From a virus: a DNA stretch of 64,000 bases. The stretch is taken from the IMG/VR virus record IMGVR_UViG_3300025108_000022, positions 1 to 64,000 of that record; one strand, given 5' to 3'. A program made the translations under genes and the position numbers. This document shows, piece by piece, positions 36,966 through 47,150 of this stretch. The notes beneath the pieces are model-generated. The model did not search any database. It worked only from the letters and a program-made list of their open reading frames with translations, and had not been told where the DNA came from. Numbering within the stretch: the stretch's first letter is position 1; the number at the start of each line of letters is the position of its first letter.

Positions 36966-39900
36966 ATGGATAGGCAAGAGTTCTTGAGAATACGCACCGA
37001 CACACTTCTGTCGTTGGTGTCAAACCATGAGGTCAGTCACGACCTGTATTTGAAAGCCTTCTCCGACTACTACGGGGATGAAACCTCAATTGAAAAAGAA
37101 GATCAGGCTATTCTCGGTATGCTTCCTATGACAGCACCACCTCAATATCACATGGAAAACATGGATAACCCGTCACCAGTCACCACACTCAACCTCCCCA
37201 GTGGTTATGAAGACTACATCGCAGGACAACGCAGGTTCGTAAAGACATACGCCCAAGACTGGCCTATGGCGAGTGAAAAGAACCGATTCGGAAAAAGACA
37301 CCCGTTGTCATACGATTTGCCAACCATGCCTTTACTTCACGGTGCGGAATGGGGCGAACCGGCTTTTGTCGATCACCTTTTGCATTTGATTGAAGAGGAT
37401 GAAGAAGGTCAATCGGTTATCAAATCCATGAAAGACGCTGAACGCATGGGCGTTATTCCCAAAGAATACGCAGGAATCGTCGGTCGCCCGACTGAAAGCC
37501 TTCACGACCTTTACATGACCGACCGCAGAACCCGTTTTGCTTATGCTGACGATGATGAATACATTGATGCAAAAAAGGAACAATGGGGTGGACGCAACAG
37601 TCGTCTTGGTTTGCTTTCATATTTATTCGGCCTTGAATGGCAATCCTCCGACCAGCGAGAGGCTTTTATGGACACTCTCAAAAAATTAGGCGGAACCGAA
37701 GGGCCAGCAGATCCTAATGCTCGCAAAGTTATGAATGACTTCACTGCCTCATCCGGCATTTCATGGGATAGGGCAAAACGCAATTGGTTTGAGCGTATTA
37801 TCCCCATAGCCCGTTGGTGGGAACGCCCATCGGACAGACACGGGCCAGTGTCAGCGGAGGACATACCCTCCGGGTTAAATCACATGAAATCGCCGTGGGT
37901 GAAGAATGCTGACATGGTTGACCCAAATGACAACATGATTGAACCGTCAGCAAATCACCATTGGTGGTTGCCGTTTCAACATTGGGGAGGGGTTGGGCGT
38001 GATGCACAGTCGCTTCAAACCATGTTGAGAGATTCATACCCAGCCGCTATGCAGGGATGGCTTGGTGATGAAATGATTGGTTTTCTCGCTGACCGACAGC
38101 ACCCATTGAATGACAGCGAAGACGCATACCACAGCAGTGGTTCATCATTTTTCCCTCAAACAGCAAATCACCCGATGATGGCTGGACACCCGCACCGTTC
38201 GGCAGTATCAACGGGGTGGGCGGCTGGTTCTGATCATCCGTATGTGCGTTCATTCCCACGCCGACGCTCTCTTTGGTCGTCTGTGTCAAACGGCGCACAT
38301 TTGCACCCGTCGGAAATAGAAGGCGGAGGCAAACGCATGATTATCCCATCGTATGCTTTTGCTACAAACCCGAACGGATTAGGACGAATCATTTCTTCTC
38401 ACACAGATCAAGGACAACCAAGAATTGGCCCTACACGGGAAAGGCACCCCGGTGACGAAGAATACCACACATTTCATAACGACCATTATGAAAAAAGTGA
38501 TGTTTTAATCGGCCAAATGATGCAAAAAATGGCTATGGAATTGATGGCTGAACACGGCCCTGCACTACTGCATGGGACAAAACCAAACGACATCACAGGA
38601 AACACGCTCGCCCGTGGAAACCTGCAACAATTGGCTAAAGCGGCCAACATGCAATTGATGAGAGGTGGAGGTTTGGATAAAATGACAACCTTCGCCCCAA
38701 TGGTTGCAGGGGGAGGACTTGCCACCCAAGAAGTGCCTCTTGGGCCAATCCATCCTCAATCACACGCTACAATTCCGCCAGTGTATTTGACAGGCGATAA
38801 AGACGCTTGGGGACATAAAATGCCAGCGACCCTCGCATTTAATTGGGACAGGGAAAACAATAGCACACGGTTTGAGGTAAAGGACAAGCCGTTTGAAACT
38901 CTTCAACGCACCGTCCATGAAGGCCATGTGGGAATGGTTCACCCTACACATGCAGATCACGCATTGAAACCAAAGGTCAATTCAATTCCGGCTCTTGAAG
39001 TCACTGATGAAATGGGCGCACCTCCTATTCTAAATGGCGACATTTTCAAAGCCGACGATTATGAACCAACGGGAGTGTTTGAGAAAGTCATTGTCCCAGC
39101 ACATACTGTTTATGATTTTAGTTCAATAGACGACTTGAGAGGATTCACTGGTGATTGGGTCGTTCAAAAGAAACCCGAAGGAAAGCGTGTATTCATCCAA
39201 AAGAAAGGCGGCCATATCAAAGCCAGCAACGGAAAGGGCAGGGATGTGTCTTTGCCGAAGAAGGTCAAAGAAGGCATACGCAAACAAGAAGGAGATTGCA
39301 CTTTTGACGGTGTTTTGAAAGACGGCAAGTTCCGAGCCATCGATCTGTTGGTGCATAAGGGCGACGACATTCACATGGAAAAATTAGAAGACAGGCTCAC
39401 CATCCTTCGCACACTTTACGAAACTGACGAAGGCGTTTCATTCCCAATGCCAGCCGACTGTAAGTTCAGTGACCGTGAAGGTTTGCGGTCAAACATGGAC
39501 GCACTTGGCGGAGAACTATGGCTTCGTGACTCCACCTCCACCTTTATGAAAGGAAAAGAAGCACACCATAAATGGGTTCACTACGCACCGGACGGAGATG
39601 GTGTCAAGAAAATGTATGGGCCGTTCCCATCGGTTTCTATTCGCAACAACCGAATGGTGCTTGAATACCCCGGACACCCTGCACCGTTGGTGGTGAAGGG
39701 TGAGTGGGATGGGGAAGGTTTTGACTATCAAGGATTTGAGAAAGGTTCACGGCCACTATTGATTCACGCTGAAAGGCAAATGAATGTGTGGGGGCCAGTC
39801 GGTGTTCACTTGCTGAAATATGAAATTAGTGAAATTACACCATACCCACCATTCATCAAGACCGCTTCTTCAACGCTTTTCAAAGCCTCCTTATTGGACA

Positions 39901-40496
39901 CCGATGGAAAGGCGAATCCGGTTGAAGAGATACTGACTCACGCCCGACAACACTTGACGGGTGGTGACGAAGCACTGACCCCAGCCGAATTGAAGGCTAA
40001 TGTCAAAGGTTTGACCGATGAAATGCTCGATCAGTTCGGTGCCGAATATGGTTTAGAAGCCACTGAAAACGGAAAGTGGACTGTCAATCAAGCGATTGAC
40101 GACGATATGATGGGGGAAAAGGCCATCAGTTCACCAATAGCAAGGATAAGCGGCAGTGTTCAAGGTGGTGGCTGGGCTGGTATGATGGACGCTTATACGG
40201 CTCCAAGAGGGCCAACCGAATTACTTGACGACGAGGCAACGCCGTTTTTTGACCCAATGCAACCGGATGATGCCCAATTAGAGGGAATGCCACAGCACAT
40301 CAAGATCCAAACAACAGACGGGGAGGGGGAAGAGATTGATGGGGATTTAACCCTTGAAGGCAACACTGCGACCCTGCGTTTCCCTCAAAAAACAGAACAA
40401 GAAGTCAAGGATGAGCAAGAAATTAAGGTGCCTATGGAGGATTCGGAGGGGGACGGAATGATGCCTCCCGAACCCCCTGCCGCCCCTATCGCTTAA
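36966..40496 (+). CDS. Large head-module protein containing an ATP-dependent DNA ligase-like nucleotidyltransferase domain
   Basis: WVVQKKPEGKRVFI (motif I-like), TFDGVL (III), FRAIDLL (IIIa), LEDRLTIL, LWLRDSTS (IV) and KWV at ~39050-39620. Confidence 0.7.
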   Translation: MDRQEFLRIRTDTLLSLVSNHEVSHDLYLKAFSDYYGDETSIEKEDQAILGMLPMTAPPQYHMENMDNPSPVTTLNLPSGYEDYIAGQRRFVKTYAQDWPMASEKNRFGKRHPLSYDLPTMPLLHGAEWGEPAFVDHLLHLIEEDEEGQSVIKSMKDAERMGVIPKEYAGIVGRPTESLHDLYMTDRRTRFAYADDDEYIDAKKEQWGGRNSRLGLLSYLFGLEWQSSDQREAFMDTLKKLGGTEGPADPNARKVMNDFTASSGISWDRAKRNWFERIIPIARWWERPSDRHGPVSAEDIPSGLNHMKSPWVKNADMVDPNDNMIEPSANHHWWLPFQHWGGVGRDAQSLQTMLRDSYPAAMQGWLGDEMIGFLADRQHPLNDSEDAYHSSGSSFFPQTANHPMMAGHPHRSAVSTGWAAGSDHPYVRSFPRRRSLWSSVSNGAHLHPSEIEGGGKRMIIPSYAFATNPNGLGRIISSHTDQGQPRIGPTRERHPGDEEYHTFHNDHYEKSDVLIGQMMQKMAMELMAEHGPALLHGTKPNDITGNTLARGNLQQLAKAANMQLMRGGGLDKMTTFAPMVAGGGLATQEVPLGPIHPQSHATIPPVYLTGDKDAWGHKMPATLAFNWDRENNSTRFEVKDKPFETLQRTVHEGHVGMVHPTHADHALKPKVNSIPALEVTDEMGAPPILNGDIFKADDYEPTGVFEKVIVPAHTVYDFSSIDDLRGFTGDWVVQKKPEGKRVFIQKKGGHIKASNGKGRDVSLPKKVKEGIRKQEGDCTFDGVLKDGKFRAIDLLVHKGDDIHMEKLEDRLTILRTLYETDEGVSFPMPADCKFSDREGLRSNMDALGGELWLRDSTSTFMKGKEAHHKWVHYAPDGDGVKKMYGPFPSVSIRNNRMVLEYPGHPAPLVVKGEWDGEGFDYQGFEKGSRPLLIHAERQMNVWGPVGVHLLKYEISEITPYPPFIKTASSTLFKASLLDTDGKANPVEEILTHARQHLTGGDEALTPAELKANVKGLTDEMLDQFGAEYGLEATENGKWTVNQAIDDDMMGEKAISSPIARISGSVQGGGWAGMMDAYTAPRGPTELLDDEATPFFDPMQPDDAQLEGMPQHIKIQTTDGEGEEIDGDLTLEGNTATLRFPQKTEQEVKDEQEIKVPMEDSEGDGMMPPEPPAAPIA

Positions 40497-40523
40497 ATAC
40501 CATGACATAAAATGGGTGAGATA

Positions 40524-41840
40524 ATGGCGACCACTGCAACATGGACAGCGACCGGAGCAGACTTCATTTTGAAGTCAGCAACCGGAAACGATCTTGTTAT
40601 TGCTGGCTACGCTTCTGTTGACATGGTTGATAAGCAGGGAGATAGAATCCCTGTGTCGGCTCTCAAGAAGGCATTCAACGGCTTTATGGCCGACCCAGCA
40701 TACCGAAATGTGCAATTAGCGCACAGTGGTATTCAAGTGGGAGAAGTTCTTTCAAATTATACTGACAGTGAAGGCCGAGTATGGAAATCCACTGTTGATG
40801 ATCACGGACTGTTTGTCGTGTGCAAGATCCGCAACGACATTGAAAAGGCCCGTGAAGTCCAAAAGCAAGTTCGCAGTGGCGAACTGCGAGCATTCTCCAT
40901 TGGGGGCCAAGCGTTGTTCCGTGTTAGCAAGACTACACCGGAACACGGCACCCACCGTGAAATCACGGACATGGAATTGCATGAAATTACTTTGTGCAAA
41001 AAAGGAATAAACCCCGAAAGCACATACACCCTACTGAAAATGGACGATGATAACATGAGCAACGAAGCAGAAACCCTAACCGAAATCCGTGACGCTTTGT
41101 CACGAATCAACAAGCAAATTGAACAACCAACATACGAAGAACCAGTATATGCTGATGATTCGTTGGCTAAGGAAGAAGAAGCCGCAGTGGCTTACATTGA
41201 CTCTCTTGAAAAGTTCGCACACCAGCAAGGCGTGAACCTTGACGGCCTACGAGATCACTTTGGACTCGGCAAGGCTTACATGGTCGGCGTTGATGGAGAG
41301 CATGGATTCGGACACCGAGGACAAGGCGACCTTTACGGAAGTGGAGAAGACGCAACCCTCGCTACTGCACCAAAACTCCCAAATGCAAAATCCAACAAGT
41401 ATGTCATTAAGCAAAATGGCGTGCCGAACATGAAAATGAATGCACCGTCCGGTGGCCGAAATGTCATCAAAGGCGGATTGGATCTTTCCCCTGCCTCCCT
41501 TGAGCGTGGCTACGGTGCTTACTCCGCAATTCGTGATGAAGAAGCGGTCAAAGCACTTGTTGAGAAAGAATGGCACGACCGCTATGAAGCGGAAACCCAA
41601 TCAGCCCTCAACATGCAAAAGGCCACTGATTACTCCGGCCAAATTGAGATGTTGAAGCAAGAAATCGCATCCCTACGCAACGAAACCTCCACCATAGCGA
41701 AATCCGCAGTGCCAGTTCCGGCACAGTCGGACATTCGTGTTCCGACCCATGAAGAGTTCATGGCTCTTGGAGATGGCTTGGACGGATGGCGTGCGCTTGA
41801 AGAACTCGGACAGCGTGCCCTTCATGGAGCAAACTTTTGA
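40524..41840 (+). CDS. Prohead protease (HK97-type) fused to a scaffold-like C-terminal region
   Basis: IAGYASVDMVDKQGD, His in QLAHS and Ser in AFSIGG, ELHEITL...GINP. Helical tail. GGTGA SD. Confidence 0.92.
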   Translation: MATTATWTATGADFILKSATGNDLVIAGYASVDMVDKQGDRIPVSALKKAFNGFMADPAYRNVQLAHSGIQVGEVLSNYTDSEGRVWKSTVDDHGLFVVCKIRNDIEKAREVQKQVRSGELRAFSIGGQALFRVSKTTPEHGTHREITDMELHEITLCKKGINPESTYTLLKMDDDNMSNEAETLTEIRDALSRINKQIEQPTYEEPVYADDSLAKEEEAAVAYIDSLEKFAHQQGVNLDGLRDHFGLGKAYMVGVDGEHGFGHRGQGDLYGSGEDATLATAPKLPNAKSNKYVIKQNGVPNMKMNAPSGGRNVIKGGLDLSPASLERGYGAYSAIRDEEAVKALVEKEWHDRYEAETQSALNMQKATDYSGQIEMLKQEIASLRNETSTIAKSAVPVPAQSDIRVPTHEEFMALGDGLDGWRALEELGQRALHGANF

Positions 41841-41854
41841 AAGGAGATGATTAG

Positions 41855-43021
41855 ATGAGTGGAAGCACAGGATATATTCGCACAATTGAAGACATGGAAC
41901 GACTCTATTACGGAGCCGGAACAGGACAAAACGCATGGGCATACGCTGGAACCGACCTTTTGAAGTCGGACTCCCCGCTAATGTCCTCAACCGGCGGAAC
42001 ATACCAAGCGATCTTCGGTCGTAAAGTATGGTCGCAATTGAACCAAGAGTTCAACGCATTCTCCATCCTCCCTAAGAAACCGTGGGAGAAGAGTGGATGG
42101 CGTGTCACCACAGCAAAGCCGGACTTCGGAAAAGGCGGCGGTGTGGCTGAAAACGCAACCCTACCGGAAACCACCAAGCCGACCTTTGAGCATGTTTCAA
42201 CCAAGCCAAAGACGGTTGCACACTCCTTTGACCTCTCCGAAACAGCCATGTTCTTGGCTGACAAGGATGATGGACTGGGCGATGCACGGGCTGTTATCAA
42301 AATGGAAATGGCAAAGCACCACACAGAACACATCAACAAGATGCTTCTTCAAGATGTCAACACTGTTGCTGGAAACGACTTTGAGTCCCTTGACAGAATC
42401 ACTTCTTCGTCTTTCGTTGAAAGCACAGGCTTCGGCGACATTGACGCAATCAGCAATCACAACATTTACAACCTCACCCGAAACGGTGCTGGGGCTGGAT
42501 CTCAACAGTGGTATGACGCTCAAGTGGACGCAGGTGCAAACAACGGAACTGACCGTGCTTTGACCCTCAACATTCTTGACGGAATGTTCCGACAGATTTG
42601 GGAAGCAGGAGGTCAGCCAAAGGTTATCCTCACTGGCTACGACACTCTTGAAACCATTCAGCAATTGCTCCAACCTCAACAACGATTCGTTGAGATGAAG
42701 CGTGTCGTCCCCGGCGTCAATGGCGTTAAGGGTGTTCCGGGCATTCAAGGTGGATTCATGGTCGCAACCTACAACGGTGTCCCAATCATCCCATCTAAGG
42801 ATGTTCACAAGGGCACTGGCGGTTCTTCTCGCCTTTACTTCTTGGACACAGACTACTTGTGGTTCACCACTGCAAAGCCAACACTCTATCACGAATCGGG
42901 AATTGAAACCGGAGATCCTTTCGGTATCAACAGGCTCGGACAAATGGGAATGTTTCACACAATGGGTGAACTCATCGCATCTTTCTTCAAGGCAAGCGGA
43001 AAAATCCGTGACCTATCGTGA
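41855..43021 (+). CDS. Major capsid protein (HK97 fold expected)
   Basis: 388 aa directly after the protease. GGVAENATLPET, ATYNGVPIIPS and LYFLDTDYL motifs. Confidence 0.88.
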   Translation: MSGSTGYIRTIEDMERLYYGAGTGQNAWAYAGTDLLKSDSPLMSSTGGTYQAIFGRKVWSQLNQEFNAFSILPKKPWEKSGWRVTTAKPDFGKGGGVAENATLPETTKPTFEHVSTKPKTVAHSFDLSETAMFLADKDDGLGDARAVIKMEMAKHHTEHINKMLLQDVNTVAGNDFESLDRITSSSFVESTGFGDIDAISNHNIYNLTRNGAGAGSQQWYDAQVDAGANNGTDRALTLNILDGMFRQIWEAGGQPKVILTGYDTLETIQQLLQPQQRFVEMKRVVPGVNGVKGVPGIQGGFMVATYNGVPIIPSKDVHKGTGGSSRLYFLDTDYLWFTTAKPTLYHESGIETGDPFGINRLGQMGMFHTMGELIASFFKASGKIRDLS

Positions 43022-43054
43022 TACAAAAAATGAAAAATATGGAGATGATTTGAT

Positions 43055-43462
43055 ATGGCAAATACGAATGTAAAAGGAACCCCGACCGCACTACTTGACA
43101 CCCGCCTTTGGGCTGGTAGTCCAACAGACAGCACAGCATGGCTACAATCCCCAATCGGCTCAAACGAGGCTGTTGGGACAATGAGCATGGCTGTCATTGA
43201 ACTTGTTGCTGACGATGGCGATGCCGCCACCGCCTATGACATCACAGGCAGTGGTAATGCAAGCATCATCAACCCAGTGATTGGAACTGAATTGATTGCT
43301 GTTATGAGCATCATTTCAAGTGCCGAGGAAGATGGAACAGCAGGAGCCGCTTCGGCGATCCCTGTCGCTGGAAACTTGTCAAGCCCAACAGCAATCAAGT
43401 TCACTGGTGCAGGAGCCAACGGAAAGGACACGACTTACCGAATCGCCTTCTTATACCGTTGA
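43055..43462 (+). CDS. Putative virion protein (decoration candidate)
   Basis: Beta-rich small ORF after the MCP. Confidence 0.55.
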   Translation: MANTNVKGTPTALLDTRLWAGSPTDSTAWLQSPIGSNEAVGTMSMAVIELVADDGDAATAYDITGSGNASIINPVIGTELIAVMSIISSAEEDGTAGAASAIPVAGNLSSPTAIKFTGAGANGKDTTYRIAFLYR

Positions 43463-43483
43463 GTCGGTTAGGAGGGATTTAGC

Positions 43484-43927
43484 GTGGCAATACTACAATA
43501 TGTTGGCGACAGGCCGTATGTTGAGTTCAAGGTTGGACAAAAGACATTCGGCTTCGCAAGAGGCACAGAACGAAGTGATGTTCCCAAAGAACTTCTTGAG
43601 CGTTTCAAGGGCGACAATTTCCCACAGTGGAAAGTCATTGGCGGCGAAGAAAAGAAGTCCGAGGAAAAGACCAAGAAAATGGTTGAAGTGATCGAAGCCC
43701 CCGCTGTGGTTGAAGAAACACCAGCACCGGCACCAAAGACAGTCGCCACTGACGAGGACAAGACCGAGCAGATGGCTGACGCTATCATTCCGCCTTTTGA
43801 CACTACATGGACAAGAGCCAAAATGGTTGACTGGATGAAGTCGCAGGGTGAAAGCGTATCAAAGGCTGACACCAAAGCAATTCTCACTGAAAGGGCACAT
43901 GCACTCACCTCAAAGGGTGATGAGTGA
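43484..43927 (+). CDS. Hypothetical protein with C-terminal SAP/HeH-like helical motif
   Basis: WTRAKMVDWMKSQGESVSKADTKAILTER. Confidence 0.55.
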   Translation: MAILQYVGDRPYVEFKVGQKTFGFARGTERSDVPKELLERFKGDNFPQWKVIGGEEKKSEEKTKKMVEVIEAPAVVEETPAPAPKTVATDEDKTEQMADAIIPPFDTTWTRAKMVDWMKSQGESVSKADTKAILTERAHALTSKGDE

Positions 43928-44502
43928 TGCCTCAAAGCGACCTCACCATATTTGACGGCGAAGCCCGTTATGCAGGTCGCACCCGTGTCAATCGCATGGT
44001 CTATGAGTTCACTCAAGCGGATCTAAGCGGCCAAACAGCCGTCACCTCCGATTCTTTCGGGTTGAACGGCGAAGTTCACCAAATTATTCTTGATGTTTCG
44101 GGATCAAAATTGACAACCAACGGCAACACACAGACGACACATGGCTCAATGGCTTTAGTTATGGACATCACTACTGTTTCCGGTGCTATGATAACACCGT
44201 TTTCACCAATCACCAGTCTTGACTTCACCAATAAAACACCCGGACGCTTTTATCAATTTCAAACCAATGAAGGTGCGGCTATGGGCACACAGGAACACGC
44301 CTTGACAGTCCGACCCGGACTATCGGGACACGACACCCCTGCGGCACCGAGAACACCCATCGTGAACGGCACACCGACAGCGATTAACAAGAACCAACCG
44401 TGGACTGGACGAGTATGTGGCAATTACAACATCATGCTTGGTTCGGCAACCGCTTGGGCGGCTGATACCGACACAATCCGTGTTATCATCATCTATTCAT
44501 AA
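43927..44502 (+). CDS. Putative virion structural protein
   Basis: Thr-rich beta-type ORF in the structural cluster. Confidence 0.55.
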   Translation: MPQSDLTIFDGEARYAGRTRVNRMVYEFTQADLSGQTAVTSDSFGLNGEVHQIILDVSGSKLTTNGNTQTTHGSMALVMDITTVSGAMITPFSPITSLDFTNKTPGRFYQFQTNEGAAMGTQEHALTVRPGLSGHDTPAAPRTPIVNGTPTAINKNQPWTGRVCGNYNIMLGSATAWAADTDTIRVIIIYS

Positions 44503-44518
44503 GGAATCCTTTTAACAA

Positions 44519-44917
44519 ATGACTTACACCCAAGAGATGAGCAACATGGCATTGACAATTACACGAAGCAAGCGAAACTCCATTGACGGATCACGAATCA
44601 CAGCATTCCGAACCGTAGCCTTTGACAATCCATACCCTGCTGGCGGCGAACCTTTTGATGCCTCCGCTGAATGTGGCCTCAAAAGCGTTGAAGAAGTCCG
44701 AATCGGTGCAGGTTTGCCCGCAGGTTTCACAGTGCGATACGACTACGCCACCAAAAAACTCCAATTGTTCGGTGAATCCACCGAAGCATCGGGCGATGCC
44801 GTCAATCCCGGCACCAACCCAGCCGCCGAAACTCGCCCTCTTGCCGAGTTCGCAGACACTTTTGACGCAAGCGGCATTGACGCACTTGAACTTATTATCA
44901 AAGGCACACGGTCTTGA
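44519..44917 (+). CDS. Putative virion structural protein (start may be 44537 or 44546)
   Basis: FDNPYPAGGE...YDYATKKLQLF. Confidence 0.55.
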   Translation: MTYTQEMSNMALTITRSKRNSIDGSRITAFRTVAFDNPYPAGGEPFDASAECGLKSVEEVRIGAGLPAGFTVRYDYATKKLQLFGESTEASGDAVNPGTNPAAETRPLAEFADTFDASGIDALELIIKGTRS

Positions 44918-44940
44918 AGTCGCCGTTGGGGTGATTTCAA

Positions 44941-45273
44941 ATGCCAAGAATGGAAATTGAAGACATTGATCTCGGAGAGGTCATGGACATTGAGCGACGC
45001 CGCCAAGTCCGAATGGCCGAAATCAAACACGCATCCCGTTCATCCGTCCAAGAGGACGACAGCCCCTTTTCCGATGAAAACATGCGATACGCTACTAAAA
45101 AGCGTGTGCAAATGAGGAAAAGTGAACGAAAAGACATTCAAAACATTGGTTCGGGGACTCGTTGCACCACATGTGGTTGTTTGCACTTTTGCTGGGCACC
45201 CAAATGCGGTGCTTGCGGAAGTCCTATGACCTTCAACCTCGGCCATCATAGCATGGGCCGGAGGGTTATTTGA
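44941..45273 (+). CDS. Zinc-ribbon protein
   Basis: RCTTCG...KCGACG. Confidence 0.7.
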   Translation: MPRMEIEDIDLGEVMDIERRRQVRMAEIKHASRSSVQEDDSPFSDENMRYATKKRVQMRKSERKDIQNIGSGTRCTTCGCLHFCWAPKCGACGSPMTFNLGHHSMGRRVI

Positions 45274-45274
45274 A

Positions 45275-46891
45275 ATGCCCCGTGCTTTTTCACCCGGCCA
45301 TCGTCCCGATGCGCCACTTTATCCCGACGAATTAACCTACACCACCATTGAGAAAGTGGCCGATTACCTACAATTGCCTTTGCCCGATCCAGTATCACTG
45401 GCTGGCGACAGTGTGATTGCTACAAATGACATCAAGTTCCCAATAACTGGTGCCGATTATCGCAGGTGGGGGTATTCCGCAGGTGAAAAAATAGTGGTTT
45501 ATGACGACGCCAACGCTATGGGCATTGAGTTCGTCATAGGGAGCATTGAGTCGGTTGGTTCAAACGGTCATATTTATTTGGTCGCACCAAAAGGAACCAG
45601 CCCATCATTCACCACAGCCAACAAAGCACAGGTTCAACATCAGTCGGCCATCACGAACAGCAAAGAACGAGGCATCAAAAAGAGCCATGTTGAAAACTTG
45701 ATTCGCCAACGGCAAGACTACATTGACAAGGTGACACGCCACGCATGGCGACCACGCCTTGTCGCCGAAGAGTATGTTAATTTCACCACATTCAAACCAT
45801 TCCGAAGACGATACTACACCGATTATGTGGGTGCTGTTTTCGTTAAGCGGGGTGCTATTCAGCGCATCCTCAAACTGGGTGCTTGGCAAGGGGACTATTA
45901 CAGGGAGATGGCTGGGGCAAGGGTGTCCTTTAGGGTGTCCGACCACATCGCCCTATCGGGTCAATCCATTTTGCTGTGTCCCGGTGCTAACGGTGTTGCC
46001 ACACTAACCGAAGGCGACGACGCACAGACCAAGTGGAGATCTGACTTCGATCACAAATCAACCGCCGAAAACATAGGTGCCCTCGTCAATAAAGACCCAG
46101 CGTTTAACAAATCCGCTGTTCCTATTGGCACACTCACAGTGGAGTCAGCAGACTCCGCCAATGTCACCCTCAATGTGCATGAAGAGTTCTTGGCTTTGTC
46201 CAACAGCGACACTGGCGACGGGGTTGTTGAAATCAGTTCAATGCGTAGCACCGAAGGCGGTGAAAACGCAACAATCGCCATCACCCACGAATCGGCTGTG
46301 TCGTTTAACACAAGCCTCTCATCTTTGGTGTCAAGCACCGTTGCGTCAATAACCAATTCACCCGCCACATCGTTCGTGCTAAACGACGGAACCACCTTCG
46401 TTGAAGGGCATGGGTTGGTGTATATCACCAGCGGCACTACGAACAGGGTGGCTCTTTGCACACGAAATGAGAACACATTCACCATAGTCGCTGATCAATT
46501 GAACGACTTTGACGGCCAATTGCAGGTCGGCGATACTGTCAAACAGATCCGATTCAAAAACGACATCACCGATGAAGAACGCCAAAAGTCTTGGTGGTCT
46601 ATTGAAGAAAACGGAATGATTTTGTTTAACAACGAATACCCATTCTTTGAGAACCACTCCATCCGATGCTCCTACATTTACGGCGAACGGTATGTGGAGG
46701 GTTCAATCCATGAGGCTTGCACTAAACTGGTTGTTATGGATATTCTCATGTCCGACGATTATTCGGTGATGTTCCCCGAAGGAACTCAAAGCATTGATTT
46801 GAACACAAAACACCAAAAATTAGAGGCCGAAGTCGCCAAATTGTTGGTGCCGTTTCAAGAGTCTATTGTCGTGGCGGGAATGGGTGGTTAA
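45275..46891 (+). CDS. Putative head-tail adaptor/neck protein with insertions
   Basis: YTTIEKVADYL, QDYIDKVTRHAW and YIYGE...IHEACTKLV are adaptor-like ends. Position fits. Confidence 0.6.
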   Translation: MPRAFSPGHRPDAPLYPDELTYTTIEKVADYLQLPLPDPVSLAGDSVIATNDIKFPITGADYRRWGYSAGEKIVVYDDANAMGIEFVIGSIESVGSNGHIYLVAPKGTSPSFTTANKAQVQHQSAITNSKERGIKKSHVENLIRQRQDYIDKVTRHAWRPRLVAEEYVNFTTFKPFRRRYYTDYVGAVFVKRGAIQRILKLGAWQGDYYREMAGARVSFRVSDHIALSGQSILLCPGANGVATLTEGDDAQTKWRSDFDHKSTAENIGALVNKDPAFNKSAVPIGTLTVESADSANVTLNVHEEFLALSNSDTGDGVVEISSMRSTEGGENATIAITHESAVSFNTSLSSLVSSTVASITNSPATSFVLNDGTTFVEGHGLVYITSGTTNRVALCTRNENTFTIVADQLNDFDGQLQVGDTVKQIRFKNDITDEERQKSWWSIEENGMILFNNEYPFFENHSIRCSYIYGERYVEGSIHEACTKLVVMDILMSDDYSVMFPEGTQSIDLNTKHQKLEAEVAKLLVPFQESIVVAGMGG

Positions 46892-46892
46892 G

Positions 46893-47150
46893 GTGGAAGA
46901 AATGCTTGCGTTCCTTGAAAAACACCTCAAGAACACCGAAGATCTTCTTGCCGCTATGAAGATACAACAAGCCGCCGAACCAGCGCATTTAGAAAAATTG
47001 GAGATTTACGAGCGTGAAACACAGGACACCGATGAGCCAGTGAGTGAAGAGGATGTCAACATTGTCATGCAAGCGCATAAAGCCGCAAGCCCCTTCGCCT
47101 TAGATGTAGCGGTGGCTCACGCCAAAATGTTGGAGGGGATGCAAAAATGA
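46893..47150 (+). CDS. Hypothetical protein
   Basis: Short helical ORF coupled to the next gene. Confidence 0.55.
   Translation: MEEMLAFLEKHLKNTEDLLAAMKIQQAAEPAHLEKLEIYERETQDTDEPVSEEDVNIVMQAHKAASPFALDVAVAHAKMLEGMQK

Noticed and set aside
29845-43021. Inteins in terminase, portal or the large ligase-like protein
   Set aside because: No C/S...HN-C/S/T splice junction pattern was seen, and terminase motif spacing is normal.
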